This document shows positions 26,860-29,498 of a stretch of DNA of 29,498 bases, piece after piece. Position 1 is the first letter of the stretch; every line of letters begins with the position of its first letter. This DNA comes from a virus (Duplodnaviria; Caudoviricetes). The translations under genes were made by a program, and so were the position numbers. The notes under the pieces were generated by a model, which worked only from the letters and a program-made list of their open reading frames with translations, was not told the DNA's origin and did not search any database. Where the stretch lies: positions 1-29,498 of the IMG/VR virus record IMGVR_UViG_3300021121_000021; one strand, given 5' to 3'.

Positions 26860-26866
26860 TATTTAC
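26860..26866 (-). promoter_or_regulatory. Late promoter box (GTAAATA)
   Basis: 4 nt before ATG 26855. Confidence 0.5.
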
Positions 26867-26919
26867 CCAATATTTAAAGGTATTTTTCTTTTACTAAAAA
26901 ATCGTATATTTTAGACAAC

Positions 26920-26944
26920 AAAAAGCCCACCGAAGTGAGCTTTT
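26920..26944 (-). terminator. Intrinsic terminator with UUCG tetraloop after major capsid gene
   Basis: AAAAGCUCAC-UUCG-GUGGGCUUUUU; the U-G wobble pair forms only on the minus strand. Confidence 0.9.
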
Positions 26945-26987
26945 GTTTGTTGCTTGTGATATGTACAGAAAAACTGTACCAAAATTC

Positions 26988-28205
26988 CTATGAAAAGCTG
27001 AGATTTTGGACAGCGATTTCCCCCACATAATCTCCGGCATTACCGAAAGATGATGCAGTGTTAGTGAGCTCGATGTATCCGTACCTTGTCATAAAGCTAA
27101 CAACTGGTTCAAATGTTGTTGGATCTAAAACAACACCGCTTGACATTAGAGGAATGTATGGGCAGTAGAACGCAGCAGCATCAGCTTCTGATGCACCTTT
27201 GTAACCAACTAGAACTGGTGTTGTGTCGCTAGCATAGCTATCAACGAAAACACGCATAGCACCGTTCAATGTACCAACAAACTTGGTGTTTGTAGGAGCT
27301 TCGAAAGTACCTTCTGTTGTACGTGCAAATGCACTTGTTGTTGCTGACTGTAGAACAGTCAATGCAGCCGAACTAACAACAGCCCAGTTACCTGCGCCAC
27401 GACGTGTACGTTGGGCGATCAAGTTTGCTGTACGGTTGATTAGAACAGCTAGAGCAGCGTGTTCGTCACCAACGAATGTAGCAGTACCTGATACAGTAGC
27501 TTGGTTGTATGTGAACTCAGTAGTTGCCAATGAGCGTAGGCTCAATAGGATTTCCTGGTCAATTTCAGCTGTAATTTCTTGTGCTAGAGCAGCCATAATT
27601 TCAGCTTCTACGTCGATGCCGTGCATAGCTTGTGCATCTTGAGCAGCTTCAAATGTCCAACGAGCTTGTAGCTTACGTGTCTTAGCTTCAACAGCTTGCT
27701 TCAAGATCTGTACGGAAATCTGACGACCACCGTTACCTTCTAGAGTTGCTGTTGGGCTACCAGCGTAACCTTGAGAGGCTGTCTGTGTTGTAGCAGCGTT
27801 GTTTGTACCTTCTGGACCAGCTGAGTATGCTACAGCGATCTTGAATGGTGACAATGCTTCTTCACCAGCTACTGTGCTTGTAGCAGCAGCAGTTTGGTCT
27901 GTCATTGTGCTTGCATAGCGAACACGTAGTGTATGGATCTGACCAACAGGACCTGTCATTGGCTGAACACCTACCAACTCGTTAGCAATAACTGTTGGCA
28001 TTACACGTCGAATTACTGGCAGAATTACACGATTCAATGTAGCGATGTTACCCGATACAGTTGCGCCATTACTTCCGTTTTCTTTCAAATACTTACGAGT
28101 GTTTTCTAAGATAACGCTCATTGTGTTGCGACGGGTGCCTTTCAGACCTTCCATAAGGGCTTCTTTGGTTTCGTCCCAACGGCCTTCTAATAGTGCTTGT
28201 GACAT
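26988..28205 (-). CDS. gp23: Major capsid protein (T4 gp23-like)
   Basis: VGVQPMTGP, VEAKTRKLQARWTFEAAQD, HGIDVEAE, FYCPYIPL, FMTRYG; AAGGAG SD. Confidence 0.97.
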   Translation of the reverse strand: MSQALLEGRWDETKEALMEGLKGTRRNTMSVILENTRKYLKENGSNGATVSGNIATLNRVILPVIRRVMPTVIANELVGVQPMTGPVGQIHTLRVRYASTMTDQTAAATSTVAGEEALSPFKIAVAYSAGPEGTNNAATTQTASQGYAGSPTATLEGNGGRQISVQILKQAVEAKTRKLQARWTFEAAQDAQAMHGIDVEAEIMAALAQEITAEIDQEILLSLRSLATTEFTYNQATVSGTATFVGDEHAALAVLINRTANLIAQRTRRGAGNWAVVSSAALTVLQSATTSAFARTTEGTFEAPTNTKFVGTLNGAMRVFVDSYASDTTPVLVGYKGASEADAAAFYCPYIPLMSSGVVLDPTTFEPVVSFMTRYGYIELTNTASSFGNAGDYVGEIAVQNLSFS

Positions 28206-28220
28206 TTAAGTCTCCTTTAT

Positions 28221-29306
28221 TTAAAGACCTGCCAGGCGCTTGATATCGATCACGTTGGAACGGTCTTCTTCTGCGGCCTTGACGGTTTTATCACCAGTTA
28301 CTTCACGAACGCTTTCGCTTAGGTTCTTGCGAGCCTTGGGTTGTGCATCGTTTAGTACTGCTGGTAGATACTTTTCAAAAGCGTTTTTCAAACGACTTGT
28401 TTGAACGCTTTCTAATAGATTTTGCATAACTTCACGCTTTTCCTCATTTAAAGGACTTAGCAATTCTTCCATTGTGCTTTGACGCAAATTGGATTCTTTG
28501 ATTATGCGAATCTCTTTTTCCTTGTTTTCGACGATCTTGTTTTTAGATTCGACGATTTTCTTTGCTTCAGCTAACTGCTTTTCTTTTGCAGCAACAGCAG
28601 CACTTAGTTTACGTATTTCTTCATTCTCATTGAGATATGTCGAACCAAACTCTGCAGCGTATGCTTCAAAAATCTTGCGACCAAAGTTATTCTCGCGAGC
28701 AACTTTAATGTCTTCGTGTAGCTGATTCATTTCAGCCTTAAGATGTGCGGAAACAGCACGGCTCAATTTATCGGCAGATTCTTTTACAAACTTGCCTTTT
28801 AGAGCTTCAAGTTTACCACGGGCTTCACGAACTAGGCGAACCTTAGTTTCAACAAGCTCACGCTTGTCTTGTGCAAATTCCATGATTTCTTGTGCAAGTG
28901 CTTCTACAACAAATTGCTCTAGTTTTTCTAGACCTTCGTTGTGCATCTTGCGGTCTTTACGCAGTTCGCCAATTTCTTCAGCCAACTTAGTCACCATAAA
29001 GTCGTTAAACTTTACTGATGATTCAGTCATCTTACGACGGAACTGAACGCGGTCTTCGGCTAATTGACGCTTCTCAGCAGCAATGCTTTCAACTTCTGCG
29101 GTTAGACCTTCTGTTACCATACGATCTAGGGCTTCAACCATAACTGTCTTGTCGTGCTCATAGCGTTGTGCAAACTCTTCGCGGAGTTCTGCACGTAACT
29201 GTTCGCGAGCTTCTGTTAGTTTTGATTCCCAAGCTTCGTTGAGTTCTTGACCAACATCTTCGTTAATTAGTCCGCTATCTAGCAGTGGTTTAATAGCATC
29301 AAACAT
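28221..29306 (-). CDS. gp22: Prohead scaffold protein (T4 gp22-like)
   Basis: Glu/Lys-rich coiled coil between protease and capsid; GRKIFEAY motif; AGGAG SD. Confidence 0.85.
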   Translation of the reverse strand: MFDAIKPLLDSGLINEDVGQELNEAWESKLTEAREQLRAELREEFAQRYEHDKTVMVEALDRMVTEGLTAEVESIAAEKRQLAEDRVQFRRKMTESSVKFNDFMVTKLAEEIGELRKDRKMHNEGLEKLEQFVVEALAQEIMEFAQDKRELVETKVRLVREARGKLEALKGKFVKESADKLSRAVSAHLKAEMNQLHEDIKVARENNFGRKIFEAYAAEFGSTYLNENEEIRKLSAAVAAKEKQLAEAKKIVESKNKIVENKEKEIRIIKESNLRQSTMEELLSPLNEEKREVMQNLLESVQTSRLKNAFEKYLPAVLNDAQPKARKNLSESVREVTGDKTVKAAEEDRSNVIDIKRLAGL

Positions 29307-29315
29307 CTATTTCTC

Positions 29316-29498
29316 CTAGATTTTGAGATCTTTGATAAGGCGTTTTACTTCCTCTTTCAAATATCTCTGTACTTTATTGTCCTGCCCAGCTTCTTTGGCC
29401 ATTTCGAAAACTCGATGTCCATGTCTCATGTTCATCAAGCCTTCATAAATTGCTTTGGGATATGCGTTTGGCGCACTGGGTTGGGCAACTACATCAAC
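29316..29498 (-). CDS. gp21: Prohead protease (T4 gp21-like), C-terminal part
   Basis: Manual translation VDVVAQPSAPNAYPKAIYEGLMNM...LIKDLKI*; D-x-V-x-x-P-S motif and position. Confidence 0.9.
   Translation of the reverse strand, partial: VDVVAQPSAPNAYPKAIYEGLMNMRHGHRVFEMAKEAGQDNKVQRYLKEEVKRLIKDLKI

Noticed and set aside
28218-28224. TTAAATA before gp23 as a late promoter
   Set aside because: Abuts the SD, so a transcript would start within it; explained by the gp22 stop codon plus A-rich spacer
547-29498. Stop-codon reassignment
   Set aside because: Core genes are full length in the standard code; gp21 and gp23 end in TAG and gp15 in TGA at expected positions

Overview
This window is the head/neck/tail morphogenesis region of a large T4-superfamily myovirus (AT-rich, standard genetic code, host not determinable). 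Read on the minus strand from the right end: prohead protease gp21 (partial), scaffold gp22, major capsid gp23, then about 11 kb of Gly/Asn/Thr-rich accessory virion and fibre genes, including a 1624-aa repeat protein and four copies of a DL(A/S)E-type intramolecular chaperone domain. An inverted gp14-gp15-NUDIX block follows, then an early sigma70-driven gene, a radical SAM enzyme, neck gp13, an SGNH-like hydrolase, a frameshifted HNH homing endonuclease, a DEDDh exonuclease, a dNMP kinase, an enlarged sheath gp18 and tube gp19 (partial). T4-like late boxes (TAAATA core) and intrinsic terminators punctuate the region. The best leads are: (i) a structured 5' leader RNA with a possible pseudoknot and uORF before the 330-aa MGRPL gene; (ii) a candidate virion glycosylation system (TPR-glycosyltransferase, Maf-like protein and other enzymes beside fibres packed with N-X-S/T and Ser/Thr); (iii) apparently leaderless late transcripts for accessory genes; (iv) a free-standing chaperone gene that starts at the predicted autocleavage site; (v) homing endonuclease relics. 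All calls come from reading motifs by eye; no searches were run.
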